Virus record (IMG/VR): IMGVR_UViG_3300022935_000005
Coordinates: 216,914-280,913 of that record
Length of the DNA stretch: 64,000 nucleotides
Direction: 5' to 3' (one strand)
The position numbers and the translations under genes are program-made. The first letter of the stretch is position 1. Each line of letters begins with the position of its first letter. Under the pieces are notes generated by a model. The model was given only the letters and a program-made list of their open reading frames with translations. It searched no databases and was not told the origin of the DNA. Below, piece after piece: positions 40,889 to 50,917 of the stretch.

Positions 40889-41401
40889 ATGACTACCAGT
40901 CTGCTACTAGCGACTCTGTGTACGGTCTTTTCAGACCCAAGCTTCTACATGAGTAACACTCGCCAGAAACAGGTATGTGATATTATGCCAGAAGTGCTCA
41001 ATGAAGCTACGAAAAATAATCTCGATCCATTTCTCTTAATGGGACTGATAACTGTAGAGTCTAATTGGAAGACTACGGCAGTCAGTCACGCCGGCGCGTG
41101 CGGACTAACTCAAGTCATGCCGAAATATACTGGAGGCTCTGCTACATCGAGAGTCAAATATACCTGCAAACAGCTTCAAGTACCTCGAACGGGAGTCCGC
41201 GTGGGAGCTAAGGTACTAGCTTGGTGGATCTATAGATACGGAAAGGGAGATGTACAGACAGGACTGTGCGGATATTTCTCAGGGTTTAGATGTCGGCCAC
41301 CAACAAAAGCAGGTAAGAACTACAGCATGAAGGTGCTTAAATATCGTGATAAAATTAAGCGGTTATACGAGGCAAAGGCTTCGGGAGGAAACGGTGGTTA
41401 A
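40889..41401 (+). CDS. Lytic transglycosylase (SLT domain) with N-terminal anchor
   Basis: GLITVESNW...AVSHAGACGLTQVMP. Confidence 0.88.
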   Translation: MTTSLLLATLCTVFSDPSFYMSNTRQKQVCDIMPEVLNEATKNNLDPFLLMGLITVESNWKTTAVSHAGACGLTQVMPKYTGGSATSRVKYTCKQLQVPRTGVRVGAKVLAWWIYRYGKGDVQTGLCGYFSGFRCRPPTKAGKNYSMKVLKYRDKIKRLYEAKASGGNGG

Positions 41402-41485
41402 TCGTGTGGCAAGTCGCTGGAGATCTTGTACTAGCAGGTTTGATAATAGCTAGCGGAATACTTTTCGTAGTTGTCAATGTGAATT

Positions 41486-41746
41486 ATGAGGGTGATGATT
41501 GAAAACACCAGAGCCCACATGACTGGGTCGTGTGTACTTCATCTATCAGGCACCTTGCAACAGAGTGTGATTGAAGATCTACATACTCAAGCTAATTGTT
41601 CACAGTCTAACTTCTATCATGATCCCTTTATAAACAAACTGGTACTTACCAGTTATTATTTATCAAATCGAGGCCACTGTTGCGGAAGCGGATGCAGACA
41701 CTGTCCGTACCAAGGTGACCTGTTAGGGGATAACAGTGGTATCTAG
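41486..41746 (+). CDS. Cys-rich protein (DUF5522-like)
   Basis: LSNRGHCCGSGCRHCPY; start uncertain. Confidence 0.65.
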   Translation: MRVMIENTRAHMTGSCVLHLSGTLQQSVIEDLHTQANCSQSNFYHDPFINKLVLTSYYLSNRGHCCGSGCRHCPYQGDLLGDNSGI

Positions 41747-41972
41747 AAAGCGCCATATGGCTAAGGCTTTAAGCTGGCGGGCTGTCGGTACACTAGACAC
41801 AATGCTTGTGAGCTGGATAGTGACCGGCGATGCGTTGGTGGGATTATCAATAGGCCTCTTCGAAATAGTTTCAAAAACAGCTCTTTATTATTTTCACGAA
41901 AGAGTGTGGTATAGACTGTCTGACTTCGGTCTAGACAAAGAAAACACAGGGAAGGAAAACCAAACTAAATGA
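41736..41972 (+). CDS. DUF2061-like membrane protein
   Basis: KALSWRAVGTLDT...KTALYYFHERVW. Confidence 0.85.
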   Translation: MVSRKRHMAKALSWRAVGTLDTMLVSWIVTGDALVGLSIGLFEIVSKTALYYFHERVWYRLSDFGLDKENTGKENQTK

Positions 41973-42577
41973 AAGCAACGAACTTGCACTATCACTCAGA
42001 AACTGTGACGACAGAAGCGAAAGCTGCGAGAAATGGGCATAACCCATGCGTGATTTGGCTTACTGGACTGTCTGGTTCAGGAAAATCAACCATAGCCAAC
42101 GCCTTAGAGTCCACTTTATTTGGGATGGGTTTACAAACTCATCTTCTGGACGGTGATAACGTGAGGATGGGTCTAAACTCAGATCTGGGGTTTTCGCCTG
42201 AAGATAGGGCTGAAAACATCAGGCGGATCGGTGAAGTCGCAAACCTCTTCGCTCAAGCAGGTACAATCGTGATAACAGCATTTATATCTCCATATGAAAG
42301 CGACCGTTCGATTGCCAGAAGTGCAAGTAAACAAGACTTCCTTGAAGTGCACGTCCATGCAGATCTAGAAACTTGCGAATCTAGAGACCCAAAAGGATTG
42401 TATAAAAAAGCTCGGGCCGGGGTGATTAAAGGTTTTACAGGTATTGACGCTCCCTATGAAGCGCCGGACCTGGAGAGAGAGAACACTACTGTTGTTGACA
42501 CAAGTGTGTTGACAGTTCAAGAGTGTGTAGATTTAATAATCAAAGAATTAAGAGAGATGAAAGTGATTGGAGCATAA
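41969..42577 (+). CDS. cysC: Adenylyl-sulfate (APS) kinase
   Basis: WLTGLSGSGKST, LDGDNVR.GL..DLGFS..DR.ENIRR, FISPY, RDPKGLYKKA, FTGIDAPYEAP. Confidence 0.95.
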   Translation: MKATNLHYHSETVTTEAKAARNGHNPCVIWLTGLSGSGKSTIANALESTLFGMGLQTHLLDGDNVRMGLNSDLGFSPEDRAENIRRIGEVANLFAQAGTIVITAFISPYESDRSIARSASKQDFLEVHVHADLETCESRDPKGLYKKARAGVIKGFTGIDAPYEAPDLERENTTVVDTSVLTVQECVDLIIKELREMKVIGA

Positions 42578-42971
42578 GATGAGAAGAGCAATGTTCGTAG
42601 GAAGATGGCAACCACTACATAATGGTCATAAGTGGTTAATAGGTCAAAAGTTGGATGAGGGAGTTCCAGTCCTAATATGTGTAAGAGACATTCCTCCTGA
42701 TGAAAAGAACCCATTCACAACAGAGCAAACAGTCGAGATGCTTGAGACTGCATATGCTGATCAGGATGTTGTTGTGATGGCTATCCCCGACATTGAGAGC
42801 GTGAATTACGGACGTGGGGTAGGATATGGCATCGTTGAACACGTGCCACCGCAGGATATTGGGTTCATTTCAGCGACTGATATCCGTGCAAAGATCTCAA
42901 CGGGAGATGATTCTTGGAGAGAGAAAGTTGACCCCAAAATCCACGATCTGGTGATCCAGGGACTAAGCTGA
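42567..42971 (+). CDS. Minimal HIGH-type nucleotidyltransferase (NadM/cytidylyltransferase-like)
   Basis: MFVGRWQPLHNGH, ISATDIR. Confidence 0.8.
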   Translation: MEHKMRRAMFVGRWQPLHNGHKWLIGQKLDEGVPVLICVRDIPPDEKNPFTTEQTVEMLETAYADQDVVVMAIPDIESVNYGRGVGYGIVEHVPPQDIGFISATDIRAKISTGDDSWREKVDPKIHDLVIQGLS

Positions 42972-43052
42972 TAGTTATTTTTGATATACCTGCAAACTCG
43001 TGCAGAATTGTATATAATAGTACTATAAGAAAGGGTTGACTTAGGAGTTAAC

Positions 43053-43535
43053 ATGAAAGTACTTTTTCTGCATGGACTTGAATCGAAGCCGGGTGGAACG
43101 AAAGCCAGGTTTTTAAAAGAAAATGGGTGTGAGGTTCTCAACCCGGGGCTCCCCAGAGAGAGCTTCGAAGAGTCTGTCCAAATTGCGCAAGATGTTATTG
43201 ACAAAGAGAGTCCTGATGTTGTAGTTGGGTCGTCGAGAGGCGGAGCAGTTGCTATGAGTGTTAATACTTGTGGTGCTGCTGTCGTCTTGATCGCTCCAGC
43301 TTGGCGCCGATTCATGAATGAAAATCAGCGTAAAGCTTGGGACATTAGATGTGAGCAGCAGAAAACGATTGTCCTACACTCGAAAAATGATGCTATAGTT
43401 CCCTATGCAGATAGTGAGTATCTAAACGAAGAGTGGGGAGTGAAAGTCATGGATGTCGGTGATAACCACCGGATGAGTGATGAAGACGCACTAGCAGCGC
43501 TTCTGGATGTTGTCCAGTGGCTCGGAAGACGATGA
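43053..43535 (+). CDS. Alpha/beta hydrolase (YqiA-like)
   Basis: FLHGLES, VGSSRGG nucleophile elbow, HSKND, DNHRM. Confidence 0.85.
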   Translation: MKVLFLHGLESKPGGTKARFLKENGCEVLNPGLPRESFEESVQIAQDVIDKESPDVVVGSSRGGAVAMSVNTCGAAVVLIAPAWRRFMNENQRKAWDIRCEQQKTIVLHSKNDAIVPYADSEYLNEEWGVKVMDVGDNHRMSDEDALAALLDVVQWLGRR

Positions 43536-43813
43536 AGGTTGACCACATAGCGCTACAAGTTGAAGACCCTAGAGCGGCAGCTGAGTGGTACATAGAAAAC
43601 TTCTCTGCAGAACCGTTATATGTCGACGATACCTGGGGAATCGTTCAGTTTGAAAATATCAAATTAGCGTTCGTCGTCAAAAACCAACATCCGCCTCATT
43701 TTGCGTTTGATGTGCCAGACCTCGAGAGTGGGACCCTACACAGAGATGGGTCAATATCCCAATATAAGAAAGACCCATGGGGTAACATCTACGAGCTGAT
43801 CAAATACGAGTAG
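43532..43813 (+). CDS. VOC/glyoxalase-family protein
   Basis: VDHIALQV, HFAF, KKDPWGNIYELI. Confidence 0.8.
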   Translation: MKVDHIALQVEDPRAAAEWYIENFSAEPLYVDDTWGIVQFENIKLAFVVKNQHPPHFAFDVPDLESGTLHRDGSISQYKKDPWGNIYELIKYE

Positions 43814-43823
43814 GGGCGTAAAA

Positions 43824-44171
43824 GTGATCTACACCAACAGATACCTCGTAACACAACCTGACCTTAATGCTCACGGTACTCTGCACGGTGGCGTTTTGAT
43901 GAAGTGGGTAGATGAGGCGTGCGGAATGCAAGCTCGCATGCTTACGAAGGGTGTTTGTGCAACTAGATTTATTGGTGAGATAGAGTTCGTCTCCACTGCA
44001 AAAGCTGGTGACATTTTAGAAGTCTCATTCCACATCGTGAGAGGTGGCAAAACAAGTATTACCTTCAAGGCAGAAGTTATTAACATCACTTCCTTTAATT
44101 CTCTTGTGGCGCTATTCGATAAAGTAGTATTTGTTGCGATCGACAAAGACCATAAGCCAAGAACGTATTAA
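43824..44171 (+). CDS. Acyl-CoA thioesterase (hotdog fold)
   Basis: DLNAHGTLHGG.LMKWVDEA, GKTS, VFVAID. Confidence 0.88.
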   Translation: MIYTNRYLVTQPDLNAHGTLHGGVLMKWVDEACGMQARMLTKGVCATRFIGEIEFVSTAKAGDILEVSFHIVRGGKTSITFKAEVINITSFNSLVALFDKVVFVAIDKDHKPRTY

Positions 44172-44246
44172 ATGTCTGTAAAGCCCGACCTGCAAGACTA
44201 TTATTGAAATGCCTTTCGGGCTTTGGTGTAAAAGGAGAAAAAACAC

Positions 44247-44726
44247 ATGACATCATTCGCAGATAAGATCAAGAACCTCAACGTCGCTACTGACACTTTC
44301 GTAACTCTCACCTACGAAGAGGGTGCTGACGTTTTCCACTTTAACGAGACAGAAATTGAGACAGCGCTATCAGAGACTAACGTCGTTGAAACTCTCTGTT
44401 CCCTTCTTCTAACAAAGGGGCTCGATGTCCGAGACTCGTGGCAGGGCGAAAGTATTATTCAGAATTTGCGTGATCAAGACCTGTTAGAGGATTATGAGCG
44501 GGGCTCATTTGATTTCGAGTCTTACCTTGTAGAGACGATCAAGGAAAACTTCTACGATGTAGAGCTTGTAGATTACTCTACTGAGAAATACGATCACAAG
44601 CGTGGGTTTACGACGCTGACTGCAACTGTCAAGGTTCCAGTTGAGAACTTTTTAGCAATTGACCCTGCATGTTCAGAGTGGACGGTTTCTGTAGAAACTG
44701 ACGCTGGTACTCTTACACTTTCTTGA
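44247..44726 (+). CDS. Hypothetical protein, paralog of the C-terminal part of 50151-50867
   Basis: EEGADVFHFN...YERGSFDFESY...STEKYDHKRGFTTLTA. Confidence 0.7.
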   Translation: MTSFADKIKNLNVATDTFVTLTYEEGADVFHFNETEIETALSETNVVETLCSLLLTKGLDVRDSWQGESIIQNLRDQDLLEDYERGSFDFESYLVETIKENFYDVELVDYSTEKYDHKRGFTTLTATVKVPVENFLAIDPACSEWTVSVETDAGTLTLS

Positions 44727-44739
44727 TTCATAAACAACT

Positions 44740-44783
44740 CACCCCTTGCCTTTACTATTCAAAAGAAGAAAGGCAAGGGGTGA
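44740..44783. terminator. Long perfect hairpin after 44726
   Basis: CACCCCTTGCCTTT...AAAGGCAAGGGGTG, 14-bp stem; no clear U-tail. Confidence 0.55.
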
Positions 44784-45263
44784 TGTCGTATGACCAATAC
44801 AGAGTTCCATAAAGAGATTAGAAAGATTATTAAAGCCGCGCTGGATGACTTCTCTGGAAACCAGTTAAATCTGGATTCAGACTCCTGCAAAGAGGCTGTC
44901 TCCTACCGAGTGGCGACTGACATCATAGAAAACTTCGAGTTCTTATACGAGGATAAAAAGAAAGGATAGGACGTGTCGCGAGCGATTCTAGATCTTATAC
45001 AGCAACGGTACAAGTCAAAAGTCAAGCGTGAGATGCAATTGATCGAAAACAGCTTAGGTGCCGAGCTAAGAGAAGTCCCGGTAAAATTTAGGTACCGTCC
45101 AGCAGGAAGCAAAGAGAGCCATGTTGTGGAAGGAACAGTTTCTAGGGCGACATGGGATATTCATAGCGATGATGTAACTCTTGTGATAGACTTCCTGTGC
45201 CCAGAAAGAAAGAGTCCTAATACAACAGTCAGAAAAATTTCAGAGCTTTATGAGTGAGGTGAA

Positions 45264-45581
45264 GTGGAAAAGTTAGTCCGTGATTTCATTCCAGCTGTTA
45301 TTCAAGAATCAGGTAACTCCTGTAAATGGCGGTATGTCGATAGCAAGACAGAGCATGTAAGCTTTCTAATAAAGAAGCTGACTGAAGAAGCGAAAGAGCT
45401 AACTGATGCGATCGCTTTTTCAGATGTGAAGCAGGAAGCGGGTGATCTGTACGAAGTGTTTCAAACCCTTCTCAACATTACAGGCGTCTCATTAGAAGAA
45501 GCGCAAGCTGCCGCTAAGAAAAAAGCGTTGAGGCGTGGCGGCTTCAAAGAAGGTATTATCCTAGAAATGAAAGAGCGATGA
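45264..45581 (+). CDS. MazG-like / PRA-PH-like NTP pyrophosphohydrolase
   Basis: KLVRD.IP, KKL.EEA.EL, EAGDLYEV, K...RGGF..GIIL. Confidence 0.8.
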   Translation: MEKLVRDFIPAVIQESGNSCKWRYVDSKTEHVSFLIKKLTEEAKELTDAIAFSDVKQEAGDLYEVFQTLLNITGVSLEEAQAAAKKKALRRGGFKEGIILEMKER

Positions 45582-45872
45582 CCGCGTCGCTGGTGTTGTT
45601 GTTGGCCAGCTTACCTGCCGTTGAATGCCCTCGCTGGTTACCAGGAACAGATCAGGTTCTTCCTCCGCAAGTCCACCTGACGCCAGACCAACAGTTATCT
45701 AATAACCTTCGATGCTATTGCGAATTCGTAAAGCCCGCCGAGAGGGAGTGCGCACGAAATAATCCTCTAGACCAGTGTAAGCAGCGGACTCTAGAATGGA
45801 TAAATCGAAACCTTAGATTGAATACTTCTGGCAATGTTCCCGGCGTCCCACGACGGCTAAGGATGATATCTG

Positions 45873-46238
45873 TTGAGCCGTAAAGGGTTTGCGCTAGTGA
45901 CCGTATTATTTCTAGCGGCAGTGATTGTGTCTGGTGCATATCTAGTTTGGTCGATGGTGAACACAGATCAACAGATTGTACTCAACACCCGCAAAATATC
46001 TTTAGCAAGGGCAGCAGCGCAATCAGGCCTCAACCATTTTGTTGCTCTCGGCCTGTCTGACTCTGACGTGTCTGATCGGTTCGTGATACCAGAGACTAGC
46101 CTATCAAATAACACTACCTATGAAGTCATCGCGACTTGGATCGATCAACAAACACTCTTGGTAGTCAGCACGGGAAAATACAAAAAGAATGGTATGACTT
46201 TATTCTCATATCCCATGAGAGCAGTCTTTGGAAGATAG
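45873..46238 (+). CDS. PilX-like (minor pilin/pseudopilin K-type N-terminus) protein
   Basis: RKG-FALVTVLFL prepilin-like site; ...ARAAAQSGL. Confidence 0.7.
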   Translation: MSRKGFALVTVLFLAAVIVSGAYLVWSMVNTDQQIVLNTRKISLARAAAQSGLNHFVALGLSDSDVSDRFVIPETSLSNNTTYEVIATWIDQQTLLVVSTGKYKKNGMTLFSYPMRAVFGR

Positions 46239-46830
46239 TTTGTAATCTGCTACTATTTCTTTTATATTTTATATTATAGGGCAAATCACTAAGGAGGCCA
46301 CATGAGACACGATACGATTGTTGAAATTACTCCCGACGGCAGACCAGCTTTGCGGCTGGTAATCGTTCCAGACAGCTACTCTAGACCTCCAGAGAATGAC
46401 CACCCAGAACCAGAAAGTGTAGTAATCATTTCCTACGAAGAAGATGACCCTTACGTCGTGAAGGAAAATACCGTCACTTGGGAAGTCTAATGAAGCCCGG
46501 CGACTTAGTGAGGTTTCACCAGTGGGGTGATTTAGCTGATGTTAACGACTGGTCAACTACCCCGAAGTCTAAAGTCGGTGTTCTGATAGAGCACAATAAG
46601 CTCTTCGGTCACGTCGACATCTTGTATGAAGGTAATGTCATAAGAGAGCGCTCTGCTTTCGTAGAAAAAGCTGGAAAACGAGATTTAGCCAGAGAAGAAG
46701 ATGAATTGCCAAACTGAGCCTTTTTGTAGTTTCTGCGGTGAAGAGATGCCCCAGGGCTCACGTACGTTGGGCCAGATTTTTTGTAACTTGCTTTGTCAGC
46801 TTAAAGCTGATCCTATAGAACCGGTGACGC

Positions 46831-47076
46831 ATGAAGAAAGAAAAGGTAGACCACCCTTCCCACTACAACAAGGGGAAGATAGAAGTAATTGACGCTATCG
46901 AAGATTGGGATCTCAATTTCTCTGAAGGCAACGTCATAAAGTATGTCGCAAGACATCGTTTCAAAGGCGAACCGCTTGAAGACCTAAGGAAAGCAGAGTG
47001 GTATATTCAGCGCCTTATTAGAAATTTAGAAAAAAAACGTGAACAAGAGTTGTCAAATCGCTATACTCAATTATGA
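46831..47076 (+). CDS. DUF3310 / nucleotide-kinase-like phage protein
   Basis: VDHPSHY..G.IEVIDAI, FSEGNVIKY..R...KG..EDL.KA.WY. Confidence 0.85.
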   Translation: MKKEKVDHPSHYNKGKIEVIDAIEDWDLNFSEGNVIKYVARHRFKGEPLEDLRKAEWYIQRLIRNLEKKREQELSNRYTQL

Positions 47077-47489
47077 AGAGAGGAATAGCATTTTTGATAG
47101 TAGCGCTGTGTGCAGGCGCCGAAGTTGCACATGCAGATGTGATAAACACTGTAGACGATAATTGGAATAAGCATTGTAAGAAATGCCATGGCGTCGACGG
47201 AGAAGCGACAAAGATTGGGCTAAAGCTCAAGGCTCCCCCCGACTTATTCTCGGCTGTTGGGGCAAAATCAAGAGATGTCATAACTGACTATATTGAAAAC
47301 GGCAAAAACAAAATGCCGAAATATAGAAAGAAGCTCTCAACCGAAGAAATAGCAGCGCTGGTAGAGTTTGTTGAGTACGCGTCTCTTACGAAGAGAATGC
47401 GTGAAAATGAAGACAGGATAGATTCGACTCTGGAGCAGATTAAAAAAGATTATAAAAATTTGCCCGAGTGTGACTCTGTTACTCAATAA
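47073..47489 (+). CDS. Class I c-type cytochrome (c6/c553-like)
   Basis: Signal peptide, CKKCH haem site, GKNKMP axial Met, LSTEEIAALVEFV. Confidence 0.88.
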   Translation: MKRGIAFLIVALCAGAEVAHADVINTVDDNWNKHCKKCHGVDGEATKIGLKLKAPPDLFSAVGAKSRDVITDYIENGKNKMPKYRKKLSTEEIAALVEFVEYASLTKRMRENEDRIDSTLEQIKKDYKNLPECDSVTQ

Positions 47490-47498
47490 GGGGGACTC

Positions 47499-48209
47499 AT
47501 GAATAAATTGTCTATGATCGTAGGCGGTTTGGTACTACTGTTTTCTTCTCTTGCTAACGGTGCTGAAAAACTAGAGTATCAAATAAAAGTTCTCAACGTC
47601 GACTTTGGAGATGCTACACTATACACTTCTGAGGAACGCTTGTATGGTGAGATGAAGACTAATGATAAGTGGGGTAGCTTATACGCTGTTGATAACAAGA
47701 TGGCAACGTGGTTATCTCCTGAGGATTCACCGAAGAAGACAGAAATAGTATATAGAAAGCCCAGCAGAGTCATTAAATTTGAGCTCTTTTTTACCGCTGT
47801 GAACAATGTAAAAGTGAAGCTTTCAAGGCCTCATAAAAATCCCAAGTCCTATGTGACAAAGTCAAAGAGTGAAGTCTATGACTTTCTTACAATGCTCGCG
47901 ATTATGAGAAAAAAAGTGGGAGCCGATGAGACTGTTTTCTCAGTGATCACAGGTAAGAAGATTTATGACGTCGTGTTTACAAAGCAGAAGGATCAGAGTA
48001 TTACGACTTTATTGGGGCCCAAGGAAGCGGCGGTATATGATATCGTTGTGACGAGACCTGGAAAATTCCGACAAGAAATGAGAGTTTGGTTTGAGAAGAA
48101 TCCCGAGGCAACCCCCTTGAAGTTGGCTGGTAAAACCAAGCTCGGCGCTTTTGATGTGTCGATCCTAAAGCGCTCCCTCAACACGAATCAAGAAAGTTAT
48201 CAAAAATGA
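47499..48209 (+). CDS. Secreted DUF3108-like protein
   Basis: Signal peptide; L.YQI...DFGDA; RVWF...P..L. Confidence 0.6.
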   Translation: MNKLSMIVGGLVLLFSSLANGAEKLEYQIKVLNVDFGDATLYTSEERLYGEMKTNDKWGSLYAVDNKMATWLSPEDSPKKTEIVYRKPSRVIKFELFFTAVNNVKVKLSRPHKNPKSYVTKSKSEVYDFLTMLAIMRKKVGADETVFSVITGKKIYDVVFTKQKDQSITTLLGPKEAAVYDIVVTRPGKFRQEMRVWFEKNPEATPLKLAGKTKLGAFDVSILKRSLNTNQESYQK

Positions 48210-48496
48210 AGATTACGCTTACAAAGGATGAAGTTGAAAAACTTATAAGGACGCTCGACTGGGTCAACTTTGCAACTCAAGATACTGAGGAGTCAAGAGA
48301 GCAAATTAAGACCATAATCGCAAAGCTAGCGGTTGGACTAAAGAATGCGAGACAAACAACAGAGCTGAAGATTGATATTGTAGATGTCTAGTGAATAATT
48401 AAACACAGTTCCCGGAACCCCTAAGTTTGTAATCGGGTGGAGGGCAGACATCAACACGGCTTGAGCTTAACAGCTTGCCGTTATAAAGGACAGACG

Positions 48497-49843
48497 ATGA
48501 GGTTCATTTTTCTTAGTGTTATTGCACTTAGTTCTCTTACGTTCCCCGCATATTCACAGGATATCAGCGACAGTGAGACGTCATATTCTGGAGCTACAAT
48601 ATTAGAGGGAGACACCGACGTCTTCTTTTTTGATTTTGAGCCTATCAATGATCCGGACGGAGAAACAGATCCCTACGCATTTTTTGAGGGTAACACTCTG
48701 TATGCGGGAAATTCAGACCAGTACGGAAATACAGTAGATGCTATCATCGAATTCTTCTGGTTCGAATCCTCAATTGATCGTGGTTCTGATTTCTATGTTG
48801 CCGTTATCAAGACGAGAGTCACTCCTGGCGATGATTGCCAATGGGCTCCGTTTTCGTGGGCGGATGGAGTCAAGTGTAGGTTATGGACAGACCAGTGGCA
48901 GGACTGGGGGGAACATCCGGTGATGTCGGTCGAAGCCCATACTGATATATCCCTTGAACAAGGTGCGTTCAGGTGGGACTGGTCCATCCCTTTTGAAACG
49001 TATGGTATCGATGCTTATGGGCAAGTCACACTTAAGAATGAGTATGGGTTGGGTATTGAGTCTGAAGGCGCCGCAGTCGCCCACGGTGAATATCAGCTTG
49101 ACGAAGAGGGTAATGTAGAAGCAGAGGGTGAAGTACAAATCAAAGGGTTCGCTAATGAAGAGTACAGTGTTAAGACCCAGTACAACATTACGCTCTGGGA
49201 GTGGGAGATCTTTGTTGATGGACGAGCTGATCTGATGGCTTGGGACATGTACCTAAACCTTTCTGCTCGAGATGAACAGTCGGCTTACCATGAGTATTTC
49301 CTCAGCATTCAAGTTGCAGAAGGAGAGATGTTTACACTCAACGAAATCAAGATTCTTTCAAATTTCGATACGGGATGGTACAACCCAATTCACCATGAAG
49401 TGGGTTTAAGCATCGGACCCATCATGATAAATCGACCCTTCTACGAAATCGTAACGCCTGAAGAGCCAGAGGAAGAGCCAGAGCAGAACCCAGGAAAGAG
49501 ATACGAATTTCCCGTCTTGCCAGTTCCAGATGAGCAATCTGAGCCTGATCAGGTCGACATTGACGCTCCTTCGATGATGTCTGAAACACGAGGAGAGAGC
49601 GATCCCGTAGCCTCTGAGGCTTCAAAGGAAGCTCAAGAGACGCAGCAGGATGAGTTTAGCGGGCTTAGAGATATGTCATGGGATTATTTTGATGGGGGCC
49701 AGAGCGTAGAGTCTCCAGAAGCGCCGCCGCCCACTGAAACTATATACTCTAATGGATCTGGCTGCACCACCGCTAGTTCTGCTCCTTCACTTTTCATGTT
49801 CCTATTCATGATTCTGCCTCTAGTTGCCCGAAGCAAACATTAA
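48497..49843 (+). CDS. Secreted acidic protein with MYXO-CTERM-like C-terminus
   Basis: Signal peptide; E/P-rich stalk; GSGCTTASS plus TM segment plus ARSKH. Confidence 0.65.
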   Translation: MRFIFLSVIALSSLTFPAYSQDISDSETSYSGATILEGDTDVFFFDFEPINDPDGETDPYAFFEGNTLYAGNSDQYGNTVDAIIEFFWFESSIDRGSDFYVAVIKTRVTPGDDCQWAPFSWADGVKCRLWTDQWQDWGEHPVMSVEAHTDISLEQGAFRWDWSIPFETYGIDAYGQVTLKNEYGLGIESEGAAVAHGEYQLDEEGNVEAEGEVQIKGFANEEYSVKTQYNITLWEWEIFVDGRADLMAWDMYLNLSARDEQSAYHEYFLSIQVAEGEMFTLNEIKILSNFDTGWYNPIHHEVGLSIGPIMINRPFYEIVTPEEPEEEPEQNPGKRYEFPVLPVPDEQSEPDQVDIDAPSMMSETRGESDPVASEASKEAQETQQDEFSGLRDMSWDYFDGGQSVESPEAPPPTETIYSNGSGCTTASSAPSLFMFLFMILPLVARSKH

Positions 49844-50150
49844 TCTGTAAACTCTCATTCCCGCCTCTATAATAAAACAGCAACTATAAAACGATTCCGT
49901 AAATACAGAAAGTGAACTGATTGAAAGGTCATGTAATGGCTTGGACAAAAGAAACGCTGCTCGACAGCTTTTATCGCAAGAAGGGCAAAGCGCTGAAACA
50001 AGAAAAGAGCTTGCTAAAAATTAGAATGAACAGGGGGGACATCACACACGCTGAATACCTTGAGATCTTAGAAGAAACTAAAGAATACTATGCACAGTGG
50101 AAAGACCACAAAGAACCAAAGACACGTCAACGACGACAAGGGTTAAGATA

Positions 50151-50867
50151 ATGAGTACAGATTTCGCAGCAAGAATGGCAAAGATCAAAGCAGCAGAACC
50201 TTTTAAGGTTGGTGCAAAAGTAACACATAACGGAGATATCGGCACAGATGCGGAAGGTACTGTGTACGAGATATCAGTTCAGCAAGGGGTAGGTGCGCGC
50301 ATCTGGCTGGATCCGTATCGAAGCGGCACTCCATGTAGTTTTGAGGAGCTAGCTCTAGTCTCGACTGCAGTTAGTCGACGAGAGAAACTGAACAATACCT
50401 TCGACAAAACAGAGGTATCGGGTGATACCCGAGTCGAACTCTTCATGGAGGATGGCGCGGATGTTATTCACTACAACGACACTCAAGACGAAACCGTAAT
50501 GGAGGAGACAACTGTGATCGAGAGCTTGGTGGAGGCATCTCGTTCCGGTATTAAGTTTGAAGAAGACCTGATTCAGACACTTCGGGACTGGGACATGCTG
50601 GAAGACTACGAGCGCGGTTCGTACGAATTTGACAGCTACTGTTTAGAAAAGATTAAGGAGAATGCATATGACTTCTGCGACTTTATCGATTTCAGCACAG
50701 AACAGTACGATCACAAACGAGGTTATACAACTTTGACAGCACGTCTTTATACTACAGTAGATAACTTGAGGTCGGCTAACGAAGGACAAGTCAATGCGTT
50801 GTCAGGTTGGTCAGCAAAGTTTGAGTCGAAGGCTGTCGGTAACAGCACGATCACGATTGAAATTTAA
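50151..50867 (+). CDS. Hypothetical protein: KVGAKV barrel fused to a 44247-type domain
   Basis: EDGADVIHYN...YERGSYEFDSY...STEQYDHKRGYTTLTA. Confidence 0.7.
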   Translation: MSTDFAARMAKIKAAEPFKVGAKVTHNGDIGTDAEGTVYEISVQQGVGARIWLDPYRSGTPCSFEELALVSTAVSRREKLNNTFDKTEVSGDTRVELFMEDGADVIHYNDTQDETVMEETTVIESLVEASRSGIKFEEDLIQTLRDWDMLEDYERGSYEFDSYCLEKIKENAYDFCDFIDFSTEQYDHKRGYTTLTARLYTTVDNLRSANEGQVNALSGWSAKFESKAVGNSTITIEI

Positions 50868-50884
50868 TTTAACAAAAATTACAC

Positions 50885-50917
50885 AATCGTGCAAACGACT
50901 CCCTGGCGTGGTACTAT
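50885..50917 (+). promoter_or_regulatory. Repeated promoter copy
   Basis: AATCGTGCAA-N17-TACTAT. Confidence 0.7.

Noticed and set aside
48759-48769. GGTTCGAATCC, a tRNA T-loop-like sequence
   Set aside because: It lies in-frame inside the 48497-49843 CDS (FWFES), and no acceptor, D or anticodon stems can be built around it.
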